Part shown: positions 62,042-64,000 of the stretch, piece after piece
Numbering within the stretch: the first letter of the stretch is position 1
Layout of the letters: each line of letters begins with the position of its first letter
Origin: an uncultured delta proteobacterium
Lineage (GTDB): Bacteria; Myxococcota; Myxococcia; Myxococcales; Myxococcaceae
NCBI GenBank assembly: GCA_963796055.1
Contig: CAWCKH010000004.1
Location: forward strand, 1 to 64,000
Direction: 5' to 3'
Length of the DNA stretch: 64,000 nucleotides
Program-made: the position numbers and the translations under genes
The notes under the pieces: generated by a model
What the model was told of the DNA's origin: nothing
Database searches by the model: none
What the model saw: the letters and a program-made list of their open reading frames with translations, nothing else

Positions 62042-62510
62042 CTAGCCTCCTTCGTCCATCCCTTCCACCCCGGGCAGCAGCTCCCGCACCAGAGCGGCGT
62101 CGAAGCCGCGGGCCAGGAGCCGGCGCGCGGACCGCCGGGGCGGCTCGCCCCGGACGATGAGTCGGGCAGCGGCGCTCCGGGCGTCCCAGCCCTCGTCCCG
62201 GATGGCCTCGCTCAGCGCCTCCTCGGCGAGGGCCGCCGCGTACCCCTGCTGAATCAGGCGGGCGCGCATCGCCTCGAGGGCCCAGCCGCCCCGGAGGACC
62301 AGGGTCCGGGCACGGACGCCGGCAGAGCGCCGGTCGTCGAGCGCGCCGAGCCGGATGGCCGCCTGCAGCTCGGCCTCGACCTCCTCGTCCGCCAGGCCGG
62401 AACGACGCAGCGCTTCCCGGAGCGTTGCCTCGGACACCTCCCGCCGAGCAAGCGTGCGCAGTGCACGAAGACCCGTTCCCCCGGCGGCTCCAGCGGTGTT
62501 ACGCCTCACG
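62042..62510 (-). CDS. recX: RecX regulatory protein (probable frameshift near the 5' end)
   Basis: ARREVSEATLR, GALDDRR and RRLLARGF motifs. Confidence 0.65.
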
Positions 62511-62538
62511 GTGCATGCACCCCGCCCTGGGACGGTAC

Positions 62539-63225
62539 ATGGATTTTCAGACCGCGTGGGGCGTCTGGCAGCGCCGGAACGGTTGCGCACCGGACGAGCC
62601 GACGGACGAGGCGTTCGTCTCGGCCGCGCGGGCCCGGCCGGACCTCTGGTGCGCGGTGGAGCGGGCGGCGGGGAGGGCGCACCCGCCCGAGGACGCGCAG
62701 AACGCGCTGCTGGTGCTCGCCGCGCAGACCGCGACCACGGTCCTCGTCGACGACGACCGGCTGACCGGGCCGCTGGAGCGGGCCTGGAGCGCGCTGCGGG
62801 CCGAGGGGGCCACCGAGGATCAGATCGACGCGCTGATCGGGGCGGTGCTGCTCGAGGAGGCCTTCGGCGACGACATGCCGGCCGACGGGTTCGACGCGGC
62901 GTTCGTCGCCGAGTCGCTGGAGACGCTGGCGGAGCTGGCCACCGTCACCCCGGACCGGGCGACGGCGCTGGAGATCGCCTTCGCCGGCGGACCCGACGGG
63001 CCCGAGCGGCGGGCACGGCGCATCGCGGCCCAGGCGCTCTGCGGGGTGGCCTGGGCGGAGGGGCCGGACCTCATCAGCCGCGAGCATCTGGAGGCGGCCG
63101 CCACCCGGCTCGAGCCGGACCAGCGGCGGGCGCTGGAAGAGTTCGTGGACCACCTGGCGGAGATGAGGCTCGTCGGGCCGCTGCGGCGGGCGCGGCTGCG
63201 GCGGGTGCTGTCCGAGCTGATCTGA
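62539..63225 (+). CDS. hypothetical protein (DUF1841-like helical)
   Basis: Long ORF with genome-typical codon use. Confidence 0.55.
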   Translation: MDFQTAWGVWQRRNGCAPDEPTDEAFVSAARARPDLWCAVERAAGRAHPPEDAQNALLVLAAQTATTVLVDDDRLTGPLERAWSALRAEGATEDQIDALIGAVLLEEAFGDDMPADGFDAAFVAESLETLAELATVTPDRATALEIAFAGGPDGPERRARRIAAQALCGVAWAEGPDLISREHLEAAATRLEPDQRRALEEFVDHLAEMRLVGPLRRARLRRVLSELI

Positions 63226-63237
63226 TCTGCAGGCTGC

Positions 63238-64000
63238 TCAGAACCGCTCGATGTGAAAGTCGTCGTCCGCAGCCGGCAGCCCGGTCGAGCCGCCTGCCGG
63301 CTTCGCCGCGGGCTGTGCGCCGGGGCGCGAGGTGGTGGGGTTGATGCGTCCGACCGGCGTGCCCGCCCCGGGGGTGGGCGGACGCGGGACCGCCCCGGCC
63401 GGAGCAGGCGCGCCGGGAGGGACCGCGGGAGCGCCACGCTGGGCGAAGGCGACGCTCCCCGGCGCCGAGTTCCCATCCGGAGAGGAGCCTTCGAAGTCGT
63501 CCCAGCGCGCGTCGCTGGTGGCGCTGATGCCGCTGAACCGGAGCGCGAAGTCGTCCGGGTTCGTCGCCTGCCGGTGCGCCTCCTCGTAGGTGATGATGTT
63601 CTGGCGCACCAGGCTCATCAGCGACTGGTCGAAGGTCTGCGTCCCGTAGCTCTGGTGGCCCTGGGCGATGGCGTCGGGAATCTCCTTGGTCCGGTCCTTG
63701 TCCTCCACCAGCTCGCGGACCCGAGCGGTGGCCTTCAGCACCTCGACCGCGGCGACGCGGCCCTTCCCGTCGGCGCGGGGAACCAGCCGCTGGGAGATGA
63801 CCGCCTTGAGCACGCTCGCCAGCTGCAGGCGCACCTGCTTCTGCTGGTAGGGCGGGAAGACCGAGACGATGCGGTTGATGGTCTCGGTCGCATCCAGGGT
63901 GTGGAGGGTGGACATGACGAGATGCCCGGTCTCGGCGGCGGTGAGCGCCGTCTCGATGGTCTCGAGGTCTCGCATTTCGCCCACCAGGATGACGTCCGGG
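63238..64000 (-). CDS. pilT: type IV pilus retraction ATPase, 5' part outside window
   Basis: PDVILVGEMRD, AAETGHLVMSTLHT, SQRL and QTFDQ motifs. Confidence 0.92.
   Translation of the reverse strand, partial: PDVILVGEMRDLETIETALTAAETGHLVMSTLHTLDATETINRIVSVFPPYQQKQVRLQLASVLKAVISQRLVPRADGKGRVAAVEVLKATARVRELVEDKDRTKEIPDAIAQGHQSYGTQTFDQSLMSLVRQNIITYEEAHRQATNPDDFALRFSGISATSDARWDDFEGSSPDGNSAPGSVAFAQRGAPAVPPGAPAPAGAVPRPPTPGAGTPVGRINPTTSRPGAQPAAKPAGGSTGLPAADDDFHIERF

Overview
High-GC window, probably from a myxobacterium (Myxococcota; inferred from gene content), in two halves. From about 31.6 kb to the end is ordinary chromosome: GH15, an outer-membrane beta-barrel/cytochrome cluster, an M28 peptidase, an amino-acid ABC transporter, tRNA-Arg, a hybrid kinase, tRNA-Pro, rdgB-rph, an amidase, selenocysteine-containing selD, bamD, recX and pilT. 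From 1 to about 31.6 kb is an accessory region downstream of tRNA-His(GTG) (minus strand, 31549-31622). The 46-48 bp 3' half of this tRNA recurs five more times in direct orientation (4965, 14770, 16389, 19304, 20319). These copies cut the region into units of about 9.8, 1.6, 2.9, 1.0 and 11.2 kb, plus one unit running off the left edge. Only the tRNA-proximal unit has an intact xis-like gene and tyrosine integrase, and the integrase ORF reads through the att site. The other units carry unrelated cargo genes behind shared non-coding headers with 11-bp-period arm-type repeats, sometimes followed by an IS91-like transposase tail. The best candidate for an undescribed system is this integron-like array of integrase-less mini-cassettes that uses a tRNA half as its recombination site. 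The conventional alternative is decayed tandem genomic islands. Scattered single-base frameshifts suggest some sequencing error.
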